64,000 nt of DNA from Cetorhinus maximus (taxonomy: Eukaryota), in the NCBI RefSeq assembly GCF_964194155.1, contig NC_135907.1, positions 19,778,001-19,842,000 of the forward strand. The letters are read 5' to 3'. A program made the position numbers and the translations under genes. Shown here piece by piece: positions 1 to 12,492 of the stretch (position 1 is its first letter; the number at the start of each line of letters is the position of its first letter). The notes under the pieces are model-generated. The model saw only the letters and a program-made list of their open reading frames with translations. It searched no databases and was not told the DNA's origin.

Positions 1-3000
1 TCTCTGTGGATTATGGGTGACTGCAGATCATACTAGGGATAGTCAAACGGCTTTAGCAACCCAAAATGGCAGACGTGGCAATCATGAAATGAGCAATTAG
101 GTAGTAAAAATAATTGCTCGACGGAACAAAAGCCACTGAAATAACTTAAAGTTTTAATTATGATGTTGAACTCATCTGAAAGAGCCCGTCATTTAGATTT
201 CCCCTGGTTGGAGTCCTGCCCTAAGCCTTCCTTCTGTTTAAACAGGGCTTAAGACTTCAAGACAGAGAGAGAAAGAGAGAGAGAGGTAGTGAACAGCTGG
301 GGTCTGGTGTCATCAGCACCGTGAGTCAACATTGCACTAACCCACCCACCCATCCACCCACTCATACACACACACACAACCCAGTCCAGGCCAGACTCTG
401 ACACAAGCCTGGTGCGTGCCCTTGACAGCAGTAGCAGGATAATCTGCAGAAGCGCACGGAGACCATCTGTGCCGTGACAGGAGGAAGCAAGAGCTGGCTT
501 TCTGTTTAACTGAAAGCATGCAACCCCTTTCCCTTCCTGGTAGTGGCCGTGTGGGGAGCGACGGCCAAGCGCAGCACATCTCGCATGACCACTTCAGCAT
601 AACATGGAAGGGAAAGGGAGAGAAGAAAGGGGAGGTAGCCAGGAAAGAGGGGACGGGGGTTGGATGGAGGGGAAAGGAGGGGAGGAATATAATGACGTGA
701 CTTTTGCACCAATGATTAAAACTCTATTTTTTTTAACTGAGGAGGGGGGGTCACATAATTCTTATCAATGCTGGGGATTAGAATACCTGCCCACTTCTGG
801 CAACCCAGGTTAACATCGAGCACTCCCAGATGACCTCTATCGATGGACAAGATGCATAATAAAGCTCCCACCGCCTCACAAGCTGTCTACATTTTATTTG
901 CAGCCATGCCCTGCCCAGTCAGCTGTGGCTCAGTTCATAGCACCCTCGCCTTTGAATCAGAAGGTTGTGGGTTCATGTCCCACTCCCGGAAACCAAGAAC
1001 TGTGAATGTACTCGAAAGAGTTACATGCGATCTGTCGATAACTCAAAAGAGTTACTCTTCAACCAGCCCAGGTTCCTTCAAAGGCAGCGTGTTACTCTCG
1101 CTGCTGCCAGGGGTTGTAGGACCTGCTTAAAGCTACCGTTACCCCTTTTTCATTATGGTACTTGCTGCGTTGGTGCTTTTCCTCCCATGTGCTACCCCAA
1201 TTAGTTCCGAATTACGACAGATGGGAAGGTAAATAAATCAGATAACGAGCGACAAACACAAGCGGCTAGCAGATTGTGTAGATCACCCCCTCAGGCGGTG
1301 CTGGGTGAACTCATGGCAATAAATGTGCAAAAGAGAAAACATGCAAAGATTCCTCGAAGATGTAAAACCCCTTTTGTCGTTGTTGCAAGCAGCTGCCATT
1401 CTCTTCAAAACGCACATAGTTATGTACATTATCGGTGGAAAAGCAACAACAACAACTTGCATTTAAATAGCGCCTGGAATGAGGCAAAATGTTCCAAGAA
1501 AAGCATGTCAAGAAATGCTCAAAGTGCATGAGTGTGAGTCTGGCTTCTTTTCTCTTCACCTCCTCACGTATCTTTCACGCTTTCCCCAATTCCCTTTTCT
1601 TCATCCAGAATTCTACCATTTCCTCACCCATTTTTAAATGTCACTCTCAGTCTTTTACCTGCCTTTATTGAGATTCATTCATTCACTTTCGTCAGCCTTT
1701 CTTTCCATCCTACTTTGTTTTCTTCCTCCGTTTTCCATCTCATTTCTTCTCTTTTTTCCCCCCTCTCCCCCCTCCTCTTTCTTTCCTCTCAGGGGAGTGG
1801 AAATCTGGAATTCCCTCAACAAGAGCAACTTGTATTTATGTAGCGCCTCGGACGTAACATTAAAATGTCTCCAGGGCGCTTGGTAGAAACGCTGTGAAAT
1901 AAAATTTCACACCAAGGCAAAGGCAGGTGATCAAAAGCTTATTGTGAAAGCTGTGGAGTGTCTTGAAGGAGGAAAGAGAGGTAAGAGGGGTTTGGGAAGG
2001 GAATTTCAGAGGCTGGGGCCTCTGCAGCTGAAGGTGAGCCACCAATGGTACAGCAATTAAAATCGGGTCTACCTAAAATAGCTGTTGGGGCTGGAGGTCA
2101 ATTGCAAATCTCAAAACTAAGACTGATAGATTTTTGTTAGGCAAAGACAATGAGTCTAACTAGATGGTGCAGTGAAGATATAGATGAGTTGTGATCTAAT
2201 TGAATGATAGAACAGGTTTGAGGGGCTGAATGGCCCCTGCTGTCCCTGCTGCCCTTATTTCTGTTTCTACTTCTTTCTTACCCGGCACAGTGTTTTTTTT
2301 TTTGCTCACTGTGTTCCAAAGACCATGCAGAAGACATTTTACAATACATTAAGAGTTAATTTCCCAATCCAGAGAGAAAGCTTGTGACCAGTGCCCCATC
2401 AAACCATGCTGAACATTCCTGTAGGGCAGTGAGACCTCAGCAACAACATTAACTTGCATTAATATAACACCATTAACTTGGTAAAGCTTCCCAAGATGCT
2501 TCATAGGAGACAAAATTTGGCACCGAACCACTTAGGAAGGGTAGCCAAAAGCTTGGCCGAAGTGACTGGTTTTAAGGAGTGTCTTAAAGGAGAAGAGAGA
2601 GAGGTGGAGAGGTTTAGGGAGAGAATTCCAGAACTTAGGGCCTTGGCCACTGAAAGTTTTATAAAATGAAACATGCAACACTGGTCATGCATTTAGTGCA
2701 AAGTCACAATATACCTAATCCCAATGGGAAAGCAGCCAGAGTGTAAAGAAGGTGTAAGAACATCAATTATTAATAAAAGTTGTTACATCAGTCAGATCAA
2801 CAAGTGAGCTTTCTTTAAGGAGTGGGGTAAGCCCATGGTAATTGGTGATGGTATGTTACAGTTCACTCAGGGAGTCTGGGTTGCTGTGGCAACATGCCCT
2901 TTTACATGCATGTTGTAGCCTGGAGCTATGGATAGTGATGGTAGAGGCTCCAACATTCTTTCCATCAGATGGCTGACCAGGAATCTCTCCCGCTCTTACC

Positions 3001-3299
3001 TCCTGTGTGTGTTGGAAGGATTTACATGTTGATATTCAAGCAGTTTGGCTGCATTATGAACGGACCTTCTTGGCCGTCATGTCCACTCAAACCTGAAGCT
3101 TCCGGTTCCGTGGTTGGGACAGTACCCACTGCATCACAAGACCTACCCCACTGTAATTAGAGACATTTAATTAAGAGGTAGGATAAATGAGATCTTTCCA
3201 GTCAACAGGCAAGGTGTTAGTATTTTGTGGTCCCCATTGTTCCTTGGCTGTGTCACCTGCTGAGTTGCTAAGTAACCCAGTGCCATCAACAGAGCGGGT

Positions 3300-3660
3300 T
3301 GTCAGTCATGGCTCAATGGATAGCACTCTCGCCTCGTGAGTCAGGATGTCTTGGGTTCGTAGCCCCACTCCAGAGACTCGAGCGTAGAATCTAGGCTGAC
3401 CGGAATACTGAGGCAGGGCTGCACTGTCAGGGGCGTTGTCTTACAGACGAGGTGCTAAGCCTCTCATGATGGATGTAAAACATCCCATGATGCTATTTCG
3501 AAGATAGGCGGGAAGTTCTCCCCAATACCCAGGGCCCAGTATTAATCCCTCAATCAGAAGCACTAACAACAAACCCACCGATCGCCTAGCCATGATCACA
3601 TTGCAGTTTGTACGGCTTCACTGTGCGCAAATTGACATGTGCATTTCCTACAACACTTGA
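3300..3660 (+). mobile_element. DeuSINE (SacSINE1/AmnSINE1-like)
   Basis: tRNA-like head (tggctcaatgg..ggttcgtagccc) followed by Deu-type core tactgag..gctgcactgtcag..gtaaaacatcccatg..ctatttcgaaga. Related copies at ~12300-12490(+), 19420-19860(-), 27205-27520(+), 28270-28600(-), 29655-30080(-), 35470-35710(-), 57480-57830(-). Confidence 0.75.
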
Positions 3661-4009
3661 GGAAGCTAACTTAGGACAAAGAAGAGAAATAGAGACTTTG
3701 TTGCCTTTTTTGGAATTATAGATGTATTTATTAATTGTAAATAAGCACCAACCAGCATCTTGAACTGACATGGAACTAAGGAGCCTAAAGAGGACAATCA
3801 CTCTGTCCCAGAGAAATTCTCTCTCTCGCACAGTTTCATCCTTGAACTTTTGTCCGGCTACCGTCAGTGTGCAAGTAAAAGTGACGCCTCACATCCCAAA
3901 TTCCCAGAGTGGACTAAAATAATGGTGAAGAGAGAGCCCCACCTCCAGAAGCTGCCTCACATCCAAGTTACCAGCATGGAATCATAGCAAAACCATGCAG
4001 TGTGGAATC

Positions 4010-4330
4010 CTATAACTTCCTTTGGCTAGGCCATAGGTCAATATACAATCTATAGGGTTATGTATACCCAAAATACCCTTCAGATAAACTATAGGGGCAA
4101 AAACATCCCATAGGGACCCAAAACATTCTTAAGGTAAACTATAGGGGCATATATACAGCACATAGGGATCCACTGTATGCTTTAGATAGGCTATAGAAGT
4201 ATTTGTGCTCTATAGGTACCTATAGCATGCATTAGATAAACTATAGGGGCATATATATCCTATAGGAGCCCATAGCATGCTTTAGGAATACATATCTGTA
4301 TACATACTTTTGAGTAGACTATAGGGACAC
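4010..4330. repeat. Degenerate ~50-bp tandem repeat in putative 3'UTR of C1orf94-like gene
   Basis: agataaactataggggc-like core recurs at 4082, 4132, 4184, 4234. Confidence 0.7.
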
Positions 4331-4493
4331 ATCAGACACATGAAAGGTTTTAGAGTAAGAGAGCCAGGAGTTACTCCAGAAACTAACCCTTCAGCTGCCC
4401 ACAATATATCTTAGACTGGTTTCCATTAGCTTGGGTCAGCAGGGATGCTCATTGACTTGTCCTCACGCTCTCTCTCTTAACACAGCACAGTAT

Positions 4494-6737
4494 TTACCAA
4501 TAATTGTAGCCACTTCCATCTGCGGGATAGTACATTTGGAAATTGCTGTTGTTGTACACAGGTCCCGTGCGGCTGGAACTGAACCTTGTGGCCGTGATGT
4601 TGGACTCCAGGTAGCCGTAGGCGGGCTGGAAGAGGCACTGGGGCCCGTCGCCCGCCATGGGAGGAGGGTTGTTGCCACCACCGACCGGGGTCAGCGGCTT
4701 GGGGGGATTCCGCGCGGTGTAGGAATACTCTGGCACAAAGGACCAGTACCCCACCAGGGGCGCGTAGGTGGCACGGATGTACGCCTGCCGCGGAACATAC
4801 TCCTGCGCCATTTGGCTGTAGTTGTACGGGTTGGTCGGCCGCACGAAGCAGCCAGCTTGCTGGTACGTAGGCTGCTGGTGGGGCATCCGCATGGTGCGCG
4901 GCTGGTAAAACGGCTGGTGTTGGGCGTAGCCGGGGGTGGACGGGGCAGCGGGAGGTGCAGCGGGCACCGGAGGGTAGTTCATAAGGGGTGGCCTGCTGGC
5001 CATAGGCAAGCTGCCACTGGGGAAGCGGGTAGGGTACATGTTGGCACCGTACTTGCTACCACAGTCGTACGTGGCCCCGGGCAGCTGGAGGTTGGAGCCA
5101 GCCGGACTCTTGTCCTGGTAGCTGATGGCCGCGCTTTCCAAGCCAGGAGGCTCGGCCTCCACTTGCGAGGGGAATAAGCTGCCGGCACACCTGCTGTCCC
5201 CATCTTTCCCTGCCCCGGGCGCCTGAAGGCTCTGCCCGCAAGCACTGTCCTCCTCCGCGCTGCTTGTCGTGCATTCGGACCCAACCGAGTCTGAGCTGGC
5301 ATGTCCGGGCCCAGGCTCAGCATCCTGTACGTCAGGTTTCTCCAGCAGCAAACAGTCTCTCTTGGCAGCGGCCATCTTGGCGTCGTCCTCGTTGAGCGTG
5401 AAAGCCGCCATCTTGTGACCCGCTTCTTTGCCACCTTCGCCGCCTTTGGCCAAATTGAAATCCTCCTTGTGTTTGACTCCCGCCAGACCGCCTGAAATAT
5501 CTCTGGCCTTGCCTGGCTCCTTTAGGGCTCCTTTTCTGGTGGAAGAAGCCATTCCTTTCAAGGCGTGGCGTGAGGTGCTGTAGCTATGTTCAGATTTGAC
5601 GCAAGTGCCACTCTGGGCCTTCTCCTTCGGCTCTGGAGAGTGGGTGTCGGGTGACTCCTGGCCTTCTGGTTCTTTCTGGGCGGCCTCCTTTTGGCCAGTG
5701 CAGAGCAGCTTGACCAAGTCATTGCCAGAGTCCAGGATCTCCTGAATCCTGGTGTCCGAGGGGGCCACGTGGCCCGTGGCCTTTGCGGCTGGCTCCTCGC
5801 GACGCTCCACGGTCCCGGGCGCCATGACCAGCTGGCGGCTCTCCGGCTTCGGGGCGGGCACCGGCTCCTCACACAGCTTAGCGAAGACGGGCAGCTGCCT
5901 CCGGGACTGCTCGTCCTGCGATTCCCCGGAAGTCAGGGGCGGGGGCGACGCCTCCACCTTTTTGTCTCCAGCGGAGCTGAACATGTTGTTCTGGAGGAAA
6001 TCCTTGATGATCTGAGCCTCCTCCATCACAACCTTGTTGTCGGGGGCCTCGGCCTCGTTGATGTGCTTCAAGGAGAACTGGGCGAGGAGTTGGCAGATCT
6101 CTTTGTTCGAGGCCACCGAGCCGCCCGTGTTCGCTTCAAGCTGAAGCAGGTCCTTCGGGCTGCATTTTGCGGGCTTCAATTCGGTTGCCTCTTCCTTGAC
6201 GAGGTTACTTTTCTTGGACATCGGGCCTGCGCCACTGACAGATTTCAAAATGTTGTTTAAGAAGTTGCCCTTTTCCAGCGGCTCCACACTGCAGCCTTGT
6301 AGCTCCACGTCTTTCCTAACGGAGCGCTCCAGGACAGACTCTGCCTGACATTTCTCGCCTGGCTTGGGCTGATGAAGTTCTATGTTGGCGTTTTCGCCCA
6401 TTATACTCATGTATTCCAAATGCACCAGCAGAGAAACGTCATCTTTACCACAGCTGTCCGGCACCTTCTCTTCCAGAGTTCCCTTGGCGTTTTCGCCGGG
6501 GTCCGCCATCTCGAGGTCGACCTCATTTCGGCTCGGCGCGGACTCCCCCGACTCCTTTTGGCTGGAATCGAGCTGGGCGGTGAGCTGCTGGACCCGCTTC
6601 CAGATCTCGTAGCAGGTTTTGTCCAGGCCGTCCTCCGGAGTATCCTCGTGGATCCAAGTGTAGCGTGGGTACGGCCCTAGAGGGAAGGAACACTTGGCAT
6701 CTTTCTGGGCATGGACCAACTCGAGCTTTGCCAGCAT
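4494..6737 (-). CDS. C1orf94: C1orf94/DUF4688-like protein, 747 aa, single coding exon
   Basis: Uninterrupted 2244-nt GC/CpG-rich ORF. Blocks recalled from human C1orf94 occur in the same order: LGPYPRYTWIHEDTPEDGLDKTCYEIWKRVQ, GKDDVSLLV, LLAQFSLK..PDNK..KDFLQNNMFS, RRQLPVFAKLC, RMPHQQ, PPPMAGDGPQCLF. Candidate AATAAA (minus) at 3727-3732; candidate 5'UTR acceptor near 6887. Confidence 0.85.
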   Translation of the reverse strand: MLAKLELVHAQKDAKCSFPLGPYPRYTWIHEDTPEDGLDKTCYEIWKRVQQLTAQLDSSQKESGESAPSRNEVDLEMADPGENAKGTLEEKVPDSCGKDDVSLLVHLEYMSIMGENANIELHQPKPGEKCQAESVLERSVRKDVELQGCSVEPLEKGNFLNNILKSVSGAGPMSKKSNLVKEEATELKPAKCSPKDLLQLEANTGGSVASNKEICQLLAQFSLKHINEAEAPDNKVVMEEAQIIKDFLQNNMFSSAGDKKVEASPPPLTSGESQDEQSRRQLPVFAKLCEEPVPAPKPESRQLVMAPGTVERREEPAAKATGHVAPSDTRIQEILDSGNDLVKLLCTGQKEAAQKEPEGQESPDTHSPEPKEKAQSGTCVKSEHSYSTSRHALKGMASSTRKGALKEPGKARDISGGLAGVKHKEDFNLAKGGEGGKEAGHKMAAFTLNEDDAKMAAAKRDCLLLEKPDVQDAEPGPGHASSDSVGSECTTSSAEEDSACGQSLQAPGAGKDGDSRCAGSLFPSQVEAEPPGLESAAISYQDKSPAGSNLQLPGATYDCGSKYGANMYPTRFPSGSLPMASRPPLMNYPPVPAAPPAAPSTPGYAQHQPFYQPRTMRMPHQQPTYQQAGCFVRPTNPYNYSQMAQEYVPRQAYIRATYAPLVGYWSFVPEYSYTARNPPKPLTPVGGGNNPPPMAGDGPQCLFQPAYGYLESNITATRFSSSRTGPVYNNSNFQMYYPADGSGYNYW

Positions 6738-7224
6738 AGTGTGGAAGGGGTGGGGGGGAGTTGGGCGGTGGGTGTGGTGTGGGGTTGCGGGGGTGGGTTA
6801 GGAGCCGGGCGGATTGCAGCAGTGTGATCCAACTTAGCTCTGCGTTTGCTTAACAACTTTACTGTTACTGAGCAACAGCCTTAAAACTGTAAATAAATAA
6901 TTACGACCTCACAATATTGCACTCCGATAGAGGATTCCGTGCCTGTAGGGCTCAGAATGTTAATAAACATCTTGTCCTTTGTGACATAGGATAATTTTGT
7001 CACTGTAACAACGGTGTTTAAAAGGATACAGTCGGTGAGGTCATAATGTAGTGTTAAAATAAAATGCCCCTTTTAAGAATTTTGAAACCATAAGGCTAGA
7101 AGCTGTTTAACACTCCTATGGAATTCCTGTCTCTGCTATTGCAAGGGGTGTCTAATCCATGATCCAATGACCAAATGTAGCTCCTGAGCCTTAGAGATCT
7201 GACCCAATATGACAGACAATTTAT

Positions 7225-7860
7225 AGAGTCATTAAGGCGCCAAATGAGGCCATTTGGCCCATCGAGTCCATGCCAACTCTATGTAGAGCAATCCAGTCAG
7301 TCCCGTTTCCCCGTTCTGTCCCTGTATCCCTGTAAGTTTATTTCCCTCATCCAATTTCCTTTTGAAATCATTGACCGAATCCTCTTCCACCACACTCATA
7401 GGCAGCAAGTTGCATATCTCTACTGCTTGCTGCATAAAAAAGTTCTTCCCCACATCCCCTCCCCTGTATCTATCTCTTGCCTAAAACCTTAAATCTGTGT
7501 CCCCCTAGTCCTTGTACCAATGGGAACAGCTTTTCTTTGTCCACCTTATCCAAACCTGTCATGATCTTGTACACCTCGATCAGATCTCCCTCAACCTCCT
7601 TTGCTCCAAGGTGGACAACCCTAAGCTTCTCCAACGTACCCTTGTAACTAAAATGCCCCCACCTTCCCATCCCTGGAACCATTCAGGCAAATCTCCTCTG
7701 CACACTCTCAAGGACCCTCACATCCTCCCTAAAGTGTCCTGACCAGAACTACATGCAATATAGACCAAGTTGTGGCCTAACCAAAGCTTCATAAAGGTTC
7801 AGCATAACTTCCCTGCCTTTGTGCTCAGTGCCCCGATCTTATGAAGTCCATGAACTCATA
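7225..7860 (-). mobile_element. CR1 LINE 3' fragment
   Basis: GDLIEVYKIMTGLDKVDKEKLFPL..HRFKV, KNFFMQQAVEICNLLP on minus strand. Confidence 0.88.
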
Positions 7861-8714
7861 TGAACATAAGAATTTGGCCCCTCGACCCTGCCCCTCTATT
7901 GGATAAGATGACGGCTGATCTGTATGTGGCCTTATGTCCAATTTCCTGCCTGCCCCTCCCCTCAAAACCTTTGAGTCCCTTTCAGACCCTTTAATGTCCT
8001 ATAGGGAAAGAAATCTGCCGTCCTTACCCAGCCTGGCCTACATGTGACTCCAGACCCAGAGCAATATGGTTGACTCCTAACTGCCCTCTGAAATGGCCAA
8101 GGCAGCCATTCGTTTCAAGGGCAATTAGGAGCGGGCGACAAATGCTGGTCTTGCCAGCAACAGCCACGTCCCATGAAAAGAATAAAGAAAAAAGATCAAA
8201 AGTCTGCCTAACTAAAGTCTTGAATATATTCAGCAGCTACTGAATTATACTTTGCTAACGACTCTCTCAAAATGTCCTGCTATCTTCATCCGCATGAACC
8301 TCCAGGTTGCTCTGTCCCTGTATACTCCATAAAACTGGGCCATTAAGTCTATATGGCCTCTCCCTATCCCTACTGCCAAAATGCACCACCTCACACTTCT
8401 CTGTATTAAATTCCATCTGCCACTTGTCTGCTAGACTATCTATGTCTTGCTGTCAATGGGTATCATCCTCATTGTCTGAGGCAGCTCCGCGTTTTAGATA
8501 CCTTCACATTTCTGCTTTGTTCTTGAATCTTTAGAATCACAGAAAGAGGCCCATCATACCTTACTAGCTGTCTGAAGGAGCTTTCCAATTAGTCCCAAGC
8601 TACTCATTCTCCATAACCCTGCAGTCTGTTTCCTTTTTGAAGTATTTATCCAATTTCCTGTTGAAAGTTATTAGTGAATCTGCTTCCACCACCCTTTCAG
8701 ACAGTGAATGAATG

Positions 8715-8948
8715 AAATGATAGTCACCATAGTCAAAGAGGGCCATAGGCTGCTCTCTCACTAGAGAGAGAGAGAGAGAGAGACGATTGGTGGTGAGTTT
8801 AACCTGAGGGTCACCACACCTCAGGCGAGGGGCGAGGTTGAGAAGGCGGGGCCTTCATGGATGACCTCAGCCGGTATGTGTATTGATCCCACACTAAATC
8901 ACTCTGCATCACAAACCAGCCATCCTGCCAATTGAGTTAACCGACCCC
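8715..8948 (-). mobile_element. tRNA-derived SINE (second family)
   Basis: Minus strand starts ggggtcggttaactcaattggc (A-box-like) and has gggatcaat B-box-like motif, internal cctgagg..cctcagg hairpin and (CT)n tract. Confidence 0.55.
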
Positions 8949-8959
8949 CCACCCCACCC

Positions 8960-9400
8960 ACCCCCCCACCCACTCGGGCAGTGTAATCCGGATCATAACA
9001 ACTGGCTGCTGTTAAAAATATTCTCCTCACCTCCTCTCTGGCTCTTTTGCCAATTATCTGAAATCTGTGGTCACCAACCCTCCTACCCCAGTGAAAACAA
9101 TTTCTCCCTACTTGCTCCATCAATTTGGAACACTCCATTAAATCTTTCCTTAACCTGCTCTGCTCTAATGAGAACCATCTTGGTTCCTCTATTCCCTCCA
9201 TATTGTTAAAGTCTTTCATTCCTGGTATCATCCTAGTAAATCTCCTCCGCACCCTCTCTAAGGTCTTGACAGCCTTCCTAAAGTGTGGTGCCCAGGACTG
9301 GACACAATCATGTTATTAGCAGTTAGGCTGAGTCCTAACTAGTTATTTGTTGAGGGTTAACATTACTCCCTTGCTTTTGTACTTGCTACCTCTGTTTACA
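8960..9400 (-). mobile_element. CR1 LINE fragment
   Basis: RRRFTRMIPGMK..FSLEQSRLRKDL on minus strand. Confidence 0.8.
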
Positions 9401-9559
9401 CAGCCAAAATTGATCATGTTTGAATTTTTTTGGAGGGTTGGAAGAGGCCACTTTCCTCTCTAATGTTGCTTATGGTTGACAATAAAGTGGACATCAAAGA
9501 AAATCAAAATCCTTTCCTTTGTTAACACGGTCCTATGATTATTTATTCCCTGGGTTGCC

Positions 9560-10342
9560 TGCCACTGTGACAGTACCCTCACTGAATCCCGCATCCTCAA
9601 TATTCTGGGGGGCACCATTGACCATAAGCCTAATTGGGCCAGCCATATAAATACTGTTACTACAAGAGCAGGTCAGAGGCTGGGGATTCTGCGCTGAGTA
9701 ACTCACCTCCTGACTCCCCAAAGCCTGTCAACCATCTACAAACCACAAGTCAGGAGTGTGATGGAATACTCCCCACCAGCCTGGATGAGTGCAGCTCCAA
9801 GAACCATCAAGGGCAAAGCAGCCCACTTGATTGGCACCCCATCTACCACCTTCAACATTCACTCCCTCCACCATCGACGCACGGTGGCAGCAGTGTGTAC
9901 CATCTACAAGATGCACCTCTGCAAGGCTCCTTCAACAGCTTCTTCCAAACCCGCGATCCCTATCCATTAGAAGGACAAGGGCAGAGATGCATGGGAACAC
10001 CCACCACCTGCAAGTTCCCCTCCAAGCCACACACTATCCTGACTTGGAACTATATCGCCGTTCCTTCACTCTGTCGCTGGGTCAAAATCCTGGAACTCCC
10101 TCCCTAACAGCACTGTGGGTGTACCTACACCACCAGGACTGCAGTGGTTCATGCAGCCAGCTCACCACCACCTTCTCGAGGGCACAGAAACAGAAAGTGC
10201 TGGGAAAACTCAGCAGGTCTGACTGCACCTGTAGAGAGAAAGGCAGGGTTAACGTTTCGAGTCCGTGTGCCTCTTAGGGCAGTTAGAGATAGGCGATAAA
10301 TGCTGCCCTAACCACATCCAACATCCCAGGATTAAAAAAAAA
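9560..10342 (+). mobile_element. 3' fragment of the same APE-RT LINE family
   Basis: Same sequence as 32500-33550 (MEYSPPAWMSAAP..., acttggaactatatcgccgttccttcact), ends in A-tail; carries a small insertion at 10185-10275. Confidence 0.88.
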
Positions 10343-12492
10343 ATCAGTGTCCAGGGGATTAATCGCTTGATTTCTGGAGACACCGGGACAATCCTGGAGA
10401 TGTTGGCCATCGATCTGCCCTGAAGTTGTGCAGAAAGTGCAGCAGTCACTGTGTCTGGGAAATGAGTGCAGGCCTTCTTAAGTGAGTAGGTGGGTGTGGG
10501 TAGGGCTTGGGTGGTGGAATGGAGTTGGGGGTGGTTGGGGGTGCGTTTGTTGACAGACTGGTGACAGAAGGTTTCATCACTTGCCAGCAGAGTGACAGGT
10601 GAGGAATGAGCAGTGAAATGTGAGCACAGTTCCTGGCAGGGGAAAGCACACCCACAGTGCGTGCGTGATGAAACTGGGACGAGACAAGCTGAGAGGAATC
10701 TCATTAAAACCTTGAGCCCATGAAGCCTCCAAGAATGTGCCCAACCACCTTTGCGATGCTCACTCTTTATTTTCGAGTCTGCCTCATTGTCGACATGCCA
10801 TCCTGAGTTGCCTGACCCGCCAGAGTTTGTCCGCTTTCAATCCTGAAGGAAAAAGGGGGTCAGCTTTTGCAGGGGTGGGGAGAGAGTTCCAGCCGTTTGA
10901 GGACTCTTTACCATATAATGTCTCTGCCCGCTCACTCAAGAATTGAACCTTTTCCAAATTGTATAATATTTCCTTCCCTTTGATAAATTGACTCCCTGAT
11001 TCATTCAGCACCATCATGTTGACGTCTTTTCTTCCTAGTTACCATGGCAATGTCAGGGATAATCCTTTTTTTTTTGGAACGAGCTCAAGGACTTCAGAGT
11101 GAAGACAGAGACTGGCCTTGTCATGCCAGCGGGAGGGGTGAATTTAATTTTATATCGACAGACCAGTCGGCTGCTAAACCTCACTGGCTTGTGCTGACTT
11201 TGATAGCCTTGCAACCATCCTAGTCATTCTGACGGGGGCCGAATTCACCCAGTTGCTGCCTTGAGCCGGTTCAGTTAAGGGCTGTGCATATCTTTCATTG
11301 GGGAAGCAAGGATGAAAGCAGCATTGTAAAACTTAACAGCTCAGGAGGCCATTCAGCCCATTGTGCCTCTGCCAATCCTCCCAAAGAGCTACACTATTAG
11401 TCCCCTAGCAACATGGGAACTGGAGGTGGGGGGGGCGTGGTGCAGTCAGGTCTTCAACACTGCTCCACCATCAACTCCATTCACCCATCTTAGCTCCATG
11501 CTCGTTGATACTGTTACTTGACAAAATAATTATCAATCTCAGTTTTGAAAGTTACAATCGTCCACCAGCGTCCACAGCATTTTGGGAAGAAAGCTCTGGA
11601 TTTCCACTACCCGTTCTTACAATCAGAGAATTAGAGGATGGTTACAGCACAGAAGGAGGCCATTCAGCCTGTCGTGTCCGTGCTGTCTCTCTGAAAGAGT
11701 AACTCAGTCCCACGGCCATGCCATTCTCCTGTAGCCCTGCAATTTTCTTCTCTTCAGATAAGCATCGAATTGCCTTTTGAAAGCTGTAAGTGAATCTGCT
11801 CCCACCAACTCTCAGGAAGTGCATTCCAGACCCTAGCCACTCTGCGTGGAAACAGTCTTTTTGATTTTGTTCCTAACGTTCGAACTCTAATTTTAAGCAG
11901 TTTCTCCATGTCTACCCCGTTGAGTCCTTTTAACCTTTTAAAGGTGTCGATCGGATCATCACCTCAGTCTTCTAAATTTATGGGAATATAAGCCGTGCTT
12001 TGCAACCTTTCCATGTAAGAATGCTCTTAAACCCCGGTATCATTCCCAAATGCTGCACCTCCTCCAAGCTCAGTATATCCTTCCTGAGGTGCAGTGTCCA
12101 ATTAAAACAGAAGGCAGGTCTGACCAAGGCTCTGAGCAACTCTCCCTCCCCTTTGTATTCCAATCTCCATTCTCTTCTATCTCATTAGTAAAGACAGTTC
12201 TTGTTTGAACTTTCCTTCGTGATTTTAAACAGCTCTGTCAGATCTCCTAACTATGGGTTTATCAAAGGTTATGCACATTATTTTCAGTCTTCCAAGGAAT
12301 TGCTTAGATGTGCGCCTGCCTCTGAAGGTTGCAGGTTCAAATCCGCTCCAGGGACTTGAAGACCTCATCAAGGCTGACACTTTTGTGCAATACTGAGGGC
12401 ATGCTGCCCTGTCAGAGGTACTGTCTTTCAGTTGAGACATTAATACAATGCCCTGCCGCTCTTCCAGGGCAATGTAAAATATTCCACGCTGC

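Noticed and set aside
915-990. tRNA-like sequence with A/B boxes
   Set aside because: Matches the head of the DeuSINE copies; no complete cloverleaf, so not called a tRNA gene.
4431-6680. Plus-strand ORFs of 248, 189 and 102 aa
   Set aside because: Antisense shadows of the GC-rich C1orf94-like CDS.
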